Origin: Callorhinchus milii
Lineage: Eukaryota
Direction of reading: 5' to 3'
DNA: 64,000 nucleotides
Assembly: GCF_018977255.1 (NCBI RefSeq)
Contig: NW_024704743.1
Coordinates: forward strand, 15,378,001-15,442,000
The notes beneath the pieces were generated by a model that saw only the letters and a list, made by a program, of their open reading frames with translations, was not told the origin of the DNA and ran no database searches. Below, piece after piece: positions 1 to 10,711 of the stretch (its first letter is position 1; the number at the start of each line of letters is the position of its first letter). Both the position numbers and the translations under genes were made by a program.

Positions 1-204
1 TTCAGCACATGCTTCACGGAAAATAATTAAACCTAAAAATTGTGTTATGTTCCTCCAACATAAACATTTATCAGTAATTCAATCACAATGGTAACTGTGG
101 CATGTTATACTGTATGGCTGGAAGGAGGCCGAAATAGAAAAGAAAAATCAATGCTTTGTGGATGTATCTTATTCTCCCTGTCTGTTTTTTGTATTTAGAG
201 GGAA

Positions 205-1107
205 CAAATATACATTACAAAATTACATTTGTAAAGCGCCTTTCTCATCAGGAAGATGTCCCAAGGCGCTGAACAGTCAGGGAATAGGACCCTAGCTGAG
301 CGGGGGGGGGGGGGGGGGGGGGGGGGGGGCGGAGTTGGGATCATGGAGGTCAAGGAACGTAGGAGGGTGCCCGAAGGCACAGTCGAAGAGGAGGATCTTG
401 AGGAGTGCCTTGAAGGAGGCAAGGGAGGGAGCAAGGCAAAGGGAATGTGGGATGGAGTTCCAGAAGATGAGGGCAGAGAGACTGAAGGACCGAACGCCGA
501 TGGTGGGACAGGCCGGGCTGGGCAGGGGACATGGAGCAGGCCGGAGCCTGCTGAGCGGAGAGAGTGGACAGGTTGATAAGGGTCAGAGAGGTAGGATGGG
601 GCAAGCCCGTGGAGGGCCTTGAAGGTGAGGACGAGAATTCTTAAACTCGATCCTCTGAGGGATGGAAAGCCAGTGGAGCCAGACGAGGGTGGTTGTGATG
701 GGGTTATGGAGCCTGGGGTGGGAGAGGAAATGATCTGCAGAGTTCTGGATGATCTGCAGCTTGTGGAGGGAAGAGTTTGGAAGGCCGACAAGCAGGGTGT
801 AGGCATCGTCAAGTCTAGATGTAATGAAGTTTCAGCGGCCTGAGGGATGAGGCAGAGGCGGAGTTGGGAAATGTTGTGGAGGTGGGGGAAGGCAGAGAGT
901 GTCATGGTACGGATGCAGGAGAGAAAGGACAGTTGAGCATTGAACAAGCCATTTGATGTGCATCCGTGGATGCCGATGCTGCTAGTGCCTGAGGTGTGGA
1001 GGTCCTGATGGGAGCCAATCAGGAGAGCCTTGGTCTTGCTGAAGTTCAACTGTAGAATATTAGCTCTCATCCAGGACTTGATGTCCGACAGACAATCTGT
1101 CAGGATA
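205..1107 (-). mobile_element. L2 LINE 3' part, interrupted by the CR1
   Basis: RT C-terminal motifs (FLQLN..KT.ALLIGS, LHGLAPSYLSD) and an L2 tail hairpin near 235-270. Poly-G at 302-329 lies in the 3' UTR. Confidence 0.9.
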
Positions 1108-3038
1108 AGCGCATTATAGAGAATGTAGGAGTGATCTTAAAAGAGCGATAAGACAGGCTAAAAGATCGCATGAGAAGAGGTTAGCGGGTAACATAAAGGG
1201 GAATCCTAAAATATTTTATAAGCAAATAAAGGAAAAAAGGTTAGTTAAAGGTAGGGTGGGGCCAATCAAAGACAATGATGGCAATCTTGTTGTGGAGGCA
1301 GAGGGCATGGCTGATGTACTAAACGAGTACTTTGCATCTGTCTTCACAACGGAAACGGATGCCCCAAATGCCACAGTATTGGATGACAGGGTAGAGGACG
1401 TAGATCAGATTACTAAAGACAGAGAGGAAGTTCTGAAAAGATTGCCTGGGCTCAAAATTGATAAGTCACCAGGACCAGATGGGTTTCACCCAAGGTTGCT
1501 GTGGGAGATACGGGTTCAAATAGCGGAGGCTTTGGCCATTATATTTCAATCGTCATTGGACACAGGAGTGGTGCCAAGAGACTGGAGAGTAGCTAATGTT
1601 ACCCCACTCTACAAAAAGGGGCAGAAAGACAAGCCCGGAAATTACAGGCCAGTCAGCCTAACTTCGGTAATAGGAAAGCTACTGGAGACCGTAATCCGGG
1701 ACAAAATAAATCTCTACTTAGAGGAACACGAGGTAATTAGAGACAGCCAACATGGATTTGTTAAAGGCAAATCTTGCCTAACAAATCTAATAGAATTTTT
1801 TGAAGAGGTGACTGCGAGGGTTGATGAGGGAAATGCGGTGGACATTATTTACATGGATTTTAAAAAGGCTTTTGACACAGTACCGCATAAGAGGTTAATA
1901 AAAAAACTGGAGGCCCACGGTATTAAGGGGACAGTAGCCGTTTGGATTAGGAACTGGCTGAGTGACAGAATGCAGAGGGTGGTGGTTAATGGGTGTTTCT
2001 CGCAATGGAAGGAGGTGTGCAGCGGTGTCCCCCAGGGATCGGTATTGGGACCACTGCTCTTTCTAATATATATTAATGATCTGGACTTGGGCATAGGGAG
2101 CACTATTTCCAAGTTTGCAGATGATACCAAGTTAGGTAGGGTAGTAAATAGTGAAGAAGATTGTGACGGACTGCAGGCAGACATACACAGAATGGTGGAA
2201 TGGGCTGACATGTGGCAGATGGATTTCAATGTAGATAAGTGCGAGGTGATACACTTAGGTAGGAAAAATGATAGGAGGCAATATAGGCTTGGTAGCTCAA
2301 TCTTAAGGGGGTGAACGTACAGAGAGATCTGGGCGTTCAAGTAAGAGATTCATTGAAGGTGGCAGAGCAGGTAGATAGGGCAGTAAAAAGGGCATTTGGT
2401 GTACTGAGCTTCATTAGTAGGGGCATAGAGTATAAGAGTAGGGAGGTTATGCTTAATCTGTACAAAACACTGGTTAGGCCTCAGCTGGAGTACTGCGTCC
2501 AGTTCTGGGCACCTTACCTCAGGAAGGATATTAAGGCACTGGAAAGGGTGCAGAGGAGATTCACGAGAATGATACCAGGAATGGGGAAGCTTAGCTATGA
2601 GGACAGGCTGGAAAAGTTAGGACTTTTCCCATTAGAGCAGAGAAGGTTACGCGGGGACCTGATAGAGGTCTTCAAGATCATGAAAGGTTTCGACAGGCTA
2701 GATAGGGAAAAGCTGTTTCCGCTGGTAGGTGTCTGTGACTCGTGGTCACAGTCTTAAGATATCTACCAAAAGAAGCAGAGGGGAGGTTAGAAGGATTTGT
2801 TTCACTCAGCGAGTTGTTAGAATTTGGAATGATCTGCCCGAAAGGGCAGTGAAGTCCGATTCGATAACAGCTTTTAAGAGAGAACTGGATAGGTATCTGG
2901 GGAAGACAGGTTTGCAGGGTTATGGGGAGAAAGCTGGTGAATGGGGTTAATAAAAGTCAGTTGCTCTGTCAAAGAGCCGGCACAGACTCGATGGGCTAAA
3001 TGGTCTCCTTCTGTGCCGTAACATTCTATGATTCTATG
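1108..3038 (+). mobile_element. CR1 LINE, 5'-truncated, young; ORF2 RT with two frameshifts
   Basis: ORFs 1256-2314, 2311-2757 and 2729-2950 contain [26 protein letters not shown] and FADDTK. Ends in an (ATTCTATG)2 tail at 3023-3038. Confidence 0.97.
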
Positions 3039-3265
3039 ATAGCAGTGGTCCTCGAGTCAAGGATGGAGGCAGAGAGGTATAATTGGGTGTCATCCGCGTA
3101 CATGTGGAAGTTGACCTCATGTCTGTGGATGATGTCACCAAGAGGGAACATATAGTTTTGAAGACAAGCCATTTTTGGAGACAAAATGGAGCTGGTGTGA
3201 GAGATAGAATCTGAACCATTCAAGGACAGAACCTTGAAGGTTAAGGTGAGAAGAAAGACTTTCCA
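3039..3265 (-). mobile_element. Continuation of the same L2 ([10 protein letters not shown])
   Basis: Resumes where the 205-1107 piece stops, judged by comparison with the copy at 11690-11800. Confidence 0.85.
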
Positions 3266-3549
3266 AATGTGTCTGGAATTCAATTATTGTTCAAAAAGCG
3301 TCGAAACTTTGGAATTTAGTTTGTGTTCTTTATAGTGTCAACTGCTATTCTTCTTCCCCAAAGTCCTTACCAATCACAAATCTTGGGAAGATAAGAACTA
3401 AGCACCGAAGAGCCAAAAGACCACACATTTTACAGTTTTACTTCATGATAATGACGACTGTGTTTATAACAGCTCATTTCACAAATTTTTGATTTTATTA
3501 ACATTACCAGCATTAACAAACAGAATTGGTCTTTAAAATACCAACTTAC

Positions 3550-3644
3550 TTAAGAGAAGCATCACCGATGCTGAGACATCCTCGAAGACTCAGCTGGCGT
3601 AGGAAACCTCCACATCGTTTGGAAATGTTTTCCACTACACGACC
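3550..3644 (-). CDS. FBXL2: FBXL2 exon 5 (GRVVENISKRCGGFLRQLSLRGCLSIGDASLK, first LRR)
   Basis: 95 nt with ttgtag| acceptor and |gtaagt donor. LxxLxLxGC leucine-rich repeat. Further exons lie outside the window. Confidence 0.96.
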
Positions 3645-3827
3645 CTACAATCAGAAAGATTTGCAGAAAATCAATAATAAATAAGTAGGTAAGTATAAAT
3701 TTAGATCAGAAGAAGACCAATCTGGTTAAAGGAAACAAATGGACTCATGTGCTTCTTTGCAATTCTACAATTATCAATGAATATTACCTTAGTGTAATTA
3801 GGTGCATGATAAATATTCAGCCCTTAC

Positions 3828-3902
3828 CTCTATGTCTGTCTGGAAATTAAACAAGTCAATTCTCTGCCAGTTGCTCCCATCAAGTGCCAGGATATTCCAT
3901 GC
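3828..3902 (-). CDS. FBXL2: FBXL2 exon 4 (AWNILALDGSNWQRIDLFNFQTDIE)
   Basis: 75 nt with tgtag| acceptor and |gtaagg donor. NFQTD is FBXL2-type (FBXL20 has DFQRD). Confidence 0.96.
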
Positions 3903-4728
3903 CTACATTTTTCCCCAAAACAATGTAAATAATGAAAGTTTAATATTATGGATATTAAAATCATTTTCTTTGGCACTTAAGACTCTGAAACTTAGATTCA
4001 GTCTGATAGATCCTGTTCATACCTCAAGTAACACTCAAGTCAAGTCCCTTTGAATGTCACAAATAAAAGTCCAAGTCTCTCAGAAGGACCCCGGAAAGAA
4101 TGTGCGTAAATACAAAATACTTGTATTTGATGTAGGGCCTTACCACAGTAAACTCAAAGCATTTCACACAATGAACTATTTATGAAGTGTAGTGTCCCTT
4201 GTTTCATCAAGGGCACCACTAACACCAGGGTCATTTTCTTTGGGTGCCAAAATAGAATTAGTTGGCAAAACAGTTTTAGATATGTCATTTGCTGAACCTT
4301 ATTCAAATCAACCAGTAATCTCACTCATGCCAAGAATGCTATTCCAGTACTGAGGGATGATTAAAGTCAGTCCAACTTCTTGTCCAAGAGCTCCAAGATG
4401 TGCCCCACATGAAGAGCTCTATATAAATGCACGTTGTTGTTGTCGTCAAATACACAATATACAGGAATTGGTCAGAAAAAAACAATGAAATCTTTCAGCA
4501 TTTATTATCCCTTCAAATCACTTAATGACGTGGACCCACCCTATCTCTGCAATCTCCTTCGCCCCCATTCCAATGCCCATACCCTTCACTCCGCCAACTC
4601 TGGTCCACTGCTTGTTCCTCACCCCCTGTATCTGCCATGAGCAGCTGAGCTTTCAGTTTCCATGCTTCTGCAATGTGGAACTTGCTCTAAGAATCCCTTG
4701 CCTTGAATATAGTATTGTAATACTGTAC

Positions 4729-4783
4729 CTTGGAAACCTGTGCACATCGACATAAAGTGATAACATCCAGGTAGGAAAATATT
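4729..4783 (-). CDS. FBXL2: FBXL2 exon 3 (IFSYLDVITLCRCAQVSK, F-box)
   Basis: 55 nt with ttccacag| acceptor and |gtacag donor. Phase 2 in, phase 0 out, consistent with the neighbouring exons. Confidence 0.96.
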
Positions 4784-7094
4784 CTGTGGAAAAAATAGTA
4801 AAACTGAATATCAGATATAATACATTCAAGGGTAATTTTACCAAAGGTGGCTAGAGATTATGTTAAAGCAACATGGTATAGTATAAAATTTACAGTGCCC
4901 AAATAAAACTCACCACATTATAGCATTTTTTTTACAAGCTACAACATAACACTTCAGCAAATAAAAATTGATGTACCCATAACAAGTACAAAAAAGGGAG
5001 TGAATACGATTCAAATACTTTAAAAAGATGATATAAATAACATATGTAAGAAGACTATTTACTTGGATTATGACGCCACAGAAAAAGGTCACAAATTCAA
5101 AAGATAACAAGTTTCAAGCAAGAAAGACTAGAGGAAATAAAATCGCCATTTCTGAATACTGGATATATGAAATAAGCCCACAGGAAAATTAGCCATACTG
5201 TTAATTCTTAAAACATGGACTAATGTCATATTGACTGGAGTAAATTATTGGGCTAAGGTATAACAGGAAAAATGGAGCTCTCCATGGAAACAATATTTCC
5301 TGTAATGCCAGAACCAAGGAAGCAATTTCTAAAAGTAAGTGATTGTGTGGATGCAATCCATAAATAACCAAGAATTTTGTGTGTATAACTTTAGGTTTAG
5401 AGACAAATCTTTGCAAACTTAACAGAGTAGAGTGAAAGGAAACCAAATGGCCTTTTCTCATTCTGCTCTCCTTTAAAAATCAGGCAAAATTTTACTCACC
5501 AACAGAAAAACTGATGGGAAGTTCTGGGAACATACTCAGCTTTTATTCGCTTTTTTAAAAAATTGTAGAGGAGCACAATCATTAAACTATGCAAAACTGA
5601 TAGTTTTCTTTACAATGGTTTTAGCTAATGGTTCATGTCTTCAGTCGTAGAATAAGGCAAGATCACTAAAGAAGTTTGGATGAAGAAACATTTATAGCGC
5701 ATTTAATATCCTTCCAGAAGCCTTCCAACTACAAATGCGAGAAAGTGATGGGTTTCCTCGGGAACAAAATCAAGAGGATCCACTCAGATGCCTCTTCCTC
5801 TGCACCACTCCTATTTCTTCCCTAGTCTCCACTCACTCTTCCTTCCATACCTTAATTCATTAATCCCCCCCTCCCCCCCAGTCAATTCAATCCTTTGCCA
5901 CTAAATTGCATCTTAAATTTTAATCTGCCTGAAGTAGCAATACCTTAAGTAAGAAAGAGCACTGAAAAATTACAATGAACCAAAAAAATTTGAAAACAGT
6001 TCAAAGCTGAACTGAGTGACAAAACAAACAAGAGTAGACTAGGATTCAGAGTTGAATTTTTTTAGGGGAAAAAGTTCCTACAATAAGCTCATAATGGAAA
6101 AATCCCATTAATGGTACCCAAAGACTGCTAAAGATACAGACGCACATCACTCACCTCTAATGTCTGAGTTACATAATTGATTATAATGGGTTTTCTTAGA
6201 GCCTCTAATCAAGATTGATAAAAAGGACTTCCATCCTGTCCACATCAACTACTAAGTGATAATTCCTTTCAGTGGAAAATGAAGTAGATAAAATTTCAAA
6301 ACCATGACTAAGGAAAAACTCAAACTCATTCAAAAAGAACCTAAGGCCTAAGAATTCCTATGTGGCAAATAAAATGGATTTGCAATATTAAGTACAGTAG
6401 AACCTCACTAATCCGGTCACTAAAGGGACTGGGCAAAAGTGACCTATTTAGTGAGGTGACCTGATTACTGAAACAGCTCGGGTGATTCAGGTCACTGAGG
6501 TAATGCTAAGGGCATTGGTAACGGGCAATGGTGATGAACATTCAACAACCATACGTTGCAATCTCATTAAAATAAAGGCACTGTCATACTTAAAACAAAA
6601 GCTGTCATGTATTCAGCCATCCTTTTGAGAATGCAGCCAACTTATGTTCTGCCAATGCCATAGATCACAGCTAACTGTCTGACTTTTGTCCCCACTGTTT
6701 TTGATTAAGTCCACTCTCTCACGTAAGGACAACTCCTTCCATGGTGGCATGTTTACAGCACTTACCAAGAATTGGTTACAGGAGCTCAGGTTAGGCCACG
6801 GGCACCGGGCGAAGTTGATTTTCCGTTTGCGCCGCTTCCAGAATCCCAACACTCCCTGCGTGGCGCATGCGCAACCAGAGCCCACTGCACCCGCAGTAGC
6901 AGAGCTGAGGAAACAGCGCGAGAAGCCCGAGGCCTAGCGCACTGTGTACTGTACAGGTTAGCAGCCGGGGGACTGTGGTGGGTGGGGTTTGTACCGCATT
7001 TGAAGCGGAGGAAGGTGCTGTTGTGGCCGCAATCAATGATTGTTGTCCTGATTAATGAGGTGCCCGGTTTACTGAAGCAGAAAGCCTATCTTTT

Positions 7095-7215
7095 AACAAA
7101 AACAGAAGTCGCTGGAAACACTCAGCAGGTCAGACAGCATCTATGGAAAAAGGAAAGTGAGTCAACGTTTCGGGTCCATGACCCTTCGTCAGAACTCAAG
7201 TTTTCAGCAGTAATT
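7095..7215 (-). mobile_element. Penelope-like element terminal fragment nested in the Tigger-like element
   Basis: aaaacagaagtcgctggaaacactcagcaggtcagacagcatct...aacgtttcgggtccatgacccttcgtcagaac resembles the common chondrichthyan Penelope end repeat as I recall it. It carries the hammerhead core. Confidence 0.65.
7159..7197 (-). ncRNA. Minimal type-I hammerhead ribozyme motif (Penelope-type)
   Basis: The minus strand reads gagtt-CTGACGA-a-GGGTC-atg-GACCC-GAAA-CGTT-gactc. This gives a complete core, a 5-bp stem II, a 5-bp stem I (gagtt/gactc with one G-U) and a palindromic minimal stem III (AACGTT). Confidence 0.7.
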
Positions 7216-7762
7216 TACATTTAGTCTATCGTTTAACATTGACAATGAGAGAGACTGTGAAAATGTGCCCGCAATTGTCAGATGGCTGGATTACTGAGGT
7301 GACTGCAAACCGGGTTTCTACTCTATATTACCAACACTTTATTTCAGATACGTTAATCATGGGTCTAAACTGTCTGTTTACCTTCTCTCTTTTGATTTTG
7401 AGTTTGCTGGATGATTATTAATCACGTTAAATATATTGTTAAGGTTTATCTGCAATTTGGATTAATAATGAATGCGAGGATTATTATTATCTCTATTTTT
7501 CTCGTCATAGAATTTTTGTTAACAGCAAAGAAGAAGGCCATTCAAGCTTGTCAAACATCAACGACCTTGTCATGTATACTAAATATTTTAAATCAAATAT
7601 ACTAAGGAGACTATAATAGACAAAAGTACATCTGACATAAGGAAGGAGTTACATGTACTACCCAACTAAGTAAACAAATCACAAATTTAAATTCAACATG
7701 TAAAGTGCATAGTTTACATTAAATTGCAGCCAGGTGACTGACATGTGTGGAAACCCATCATC

Positions 7763-8080
7763 GTGAAGTCCTGTAGCTCAGTGGTTAGAGCACTCGCTTT
7801 GCAAGCGAGAGACCTGAGTTCAATCCAGGCAGGGCGAAACCTTGGGCAAGTTTTCTTACTCCACACGCCTAATAATAATCCCTCCAAAAACAAAACAATA
7901 ATAAATTGGTCATTTTCAATCTACGACTGTTTGTGGGACATTGCTGTGCGCAATTGGCTGCCGCGTTCACCCACAAATATACAGTCAATTCATTTTACAG
8001 TGTGTTCTGTGAAGCGCTTTGGGACGTCCTCCCGACGTGAAAAGCGCTATATCAAATGCAAGGATTATTATTATTATTAT
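7763..8080 (+). mobile_element. tRNA-Ala-headed SINE, short subfamily
   Basis: Pol III A box TAGCTCAGTGG and B box AGTTCAATCC, Deu-like body, L2-type tail and (TTA)n. Confidence 0.93.
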
Positions 8081-8796
8081 CGTGCTTAAGGGCTTCCAAA
8101 TCAGTCAGAGCTCTACATAGCTATCTGGAATAAACTCCACTCTCCCCCTTGAGGAACACACCCAACTTACCTAATAGGCACAGGTTGGTGAGAGCCATGA
8201 GTGAGGAACCTCAGAGTACGTGTTGAGGTAATGTTAAGAGTATAATCAACAATATTGTCATTGCTTGTCAAGCTAGGGCATCCAGATTACTTATTAAGGC
8301 TATAACTGCCCCTCGAAGTCCTACAGACAAGTTGGCTGGTCTGTCATCAGCAGTGCTTCAGAGTAAGGCGGATCTGCGATTTTGGAAATTGACTATCAAG
8401 ACTGTCACAGATTTGAGTAGATTTCAACATTCCACTCCCAATCACGTCACTTTGGCGGCATGTCAGCTCAGCAGGAGTCCCATTGCCATTCCCATTGATG
8501 GGAAGGGGACTCTTAATAAAATGTGTTGAATTGTTTTACAAAGAAGCAATACCTCAGAAGACATATTGAGAAGGGCGAATTTAGGTTAATCATCGGAAGT
8601 TACTACAGTGGAAGGTGCTTAAGGAAGGACACATCAGGGCAGTCCGGTTTAACCGGTTTTCTGAGATAAACTGAAGTTCTCTTACTTCTTCCCTTTCCAC
8701 CCAGCAGAGTGGCCGCCCCGCCTCCTCCCTTCCATTGCTGCTCCCATTGGATGGGAAGGGGAGCAGTTAGGGGTGTCTCCAAGGTGTCTATCACCT

Positions 8797-10711
8797 CAAA
8801 GCCATCTCCGCTCCCTAAAATCCCAAACCCAGCTGCTTGAGTGCAGGTGGCAGAAAACCAGCCTCATGGTTCACCACCAGCTGTGGCTCGAGCATCTTCA
8901 CACCTAATGCCGCTCCCTGTCACAAGCAAAAACTGCGCACTACTCAAACATCATATTGGAGGCCAACAATAATTTCAAAATCCTGTTCTCCACTGCCCAC
9001 CACCTCTTCCTTGCGCCCCCTCAAGCACCCTCAATCATCACATCTAACGCCAAGTGCAAAGAGGTCATGGACTTCCTTAACTCTAAAATTGATAACATCC
9101 GCCTGGCAGCAACATCCTTCTGCCCTGTATCGCCTGCCACCACCCCCATTCCATCTCCCCTCACCCACCCCGCCCTCAGCTCCTACCACAGCCCCCATCC
9201 TACATTCATTTGCCCCCATCTCTCCTTCCTCCCTCTCATCCACCATCACCCAACCCACCACCTGCTGCCTCAACCCCCTTCACCACCCAACTGCTGATCA
9301 CCCAGCTACCCCTCCTCTGCCCATTACTGGCAGACACTATCAACCAATCTCTCTCCTCAGGATCAGTCCCACCCCCCTCAAAACCACAGGCATCAACCCC
9401 CTCCTTATAAAAACCTACCCTCGATCCCTCCAACCTCGGTCACTACCACCCTATCTCAAACCTGCCCTTCCTTGCCAAAGCTCTGGAATGGGTTGTTGGC
9501 AACCAACTTCACGCACACCTCTCCCTCCATACTCCACTCCAACCCCTCCAGTCCGGTTTCCACCCTGTCCACAGTACAGAGACAGCGCTCGTGGAAGTCA
9601 CAAACGATATCCTCTCTATCTGTGACCAGGGCTTCCTCGTCCTCCTGGATCTCTCCGCCGGATTTGACACAGTCGATCATGCCATCCCCCTCCACCGCTG
9701 GTCCTCCATCATCTACCTCAGTGTGACCGCCCTTGGTTAGTTCGAGTCCTACCTTACAAACCACCAGCACTGCATTTCTGCAAATGGCCTTTCTTCTCGC
9801 TTCCACCTGTTTAACTGCAGGGTAGCTCAAGGCTCCATACTTGGCCCCCTTCTCTTCATCTATATGCTCCCTCTCGGTGATGTCACCTGCAGACACAGGG
9901 TTAACTTCCACTTGTATGCCGATGACACTCAATTCCACTTTTCCACCTCCAGCTGCTACCCCCAGTCCCCTGATGTTCTCTCAGCTTGTCTGTCGGACAT
10001 CAAAAGCCGGATGAGAGCAAATTTTCTGCAGTTAACCATACTCTTTGGCTCCCGTTGACGTCTTCTGTCCAACCTCCTCAACCTACTCGACCTGTCCTTG
10101 AAACTTTCCGAACCTGTGCGCAACTTAAGCGTCAGGCTCGATCACCAGTTATCCTTCCTCCCCCACATCCGGTCCCTGACCAGTACCGCTTGCTTCCACC
10201 TCTGCCACATTGCCCGTCTCCGACAATACCTCACCCCAAAAGCTGCTGAAACCCTGGTCCATGCCTTTGTCACTTCTCGGCTGGACTATTCTAACGCCCT
10301 TCTCGTCAGTCTTCCCACCTCCACTATTCACAAAATTCAGCTCATTCAAAACTCCGCTGCCCACACCAAACTTCATTCCCCGATTACTCCAGTCCTTGCC
10401 AAACTCCACTGGCTCCCTGTCACAGAGCAGATCGACTTCAAGATCCTCACTCTAGTGTTTAAATCCCTCCATTCCTTGGCACCACCCCAGCTCTCTAACC
10501 TCCTCTCTTCCTATAGCAGTACCCGCTGCTTCCGCTCTACTAGTTCCGGCCTACTCTGTGTCTCCCGAATCCTCTGCTCCACCATCGGCGGCCATGCCTT
10601 CAGTCACTATGCCTTGAAACTTTGGAAATCCCTCCCTCAACCCCTTCGCCTCGCCCCCTCCTTCCCCCATCTTCAGGTCGTGTCTGAAGACCTTCCTCTT
10701 CGACCATGCCT
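8797..10711 (+). mobile_element. L2 LINE, decayed RT region; 3' tail displaced to 12560-12638
   Basis: FHLYADDTQ, HAFVTSRLDYSN and LHWLPV motifs spread over several frames. Confidence 0.92.

Larger units (their letters stand above)
6395..7323 (-). mobile_element. pogo/Tigger-like DNA transposon, internally deleted
   Basis: Ends TA|CAGTAGAACCTC... and ...GGTTTCTACTC|TA, with subterminal GTGACC.GATTA.TGA repeats. A broken CENP-B/psq-type HTH starts at ATG 6750 (MPPWKELSLRERVDLIKNSGDKSQ/QLAVIYGIGRT*VGCILKR). Confidence 0.8.

Noticed and set aside
302..329. Poly-G runs (also 20155-20172)
   Set aside because: Simple homopolymers. The first is an expanded tract in an L2 3' UTR, and the lengths may be unreliable.
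7768..7837. Functional tRNA-Ala genes
   Set aside because: Every copy continues into a SINE body and tail, and copies differ by scattered mutations.
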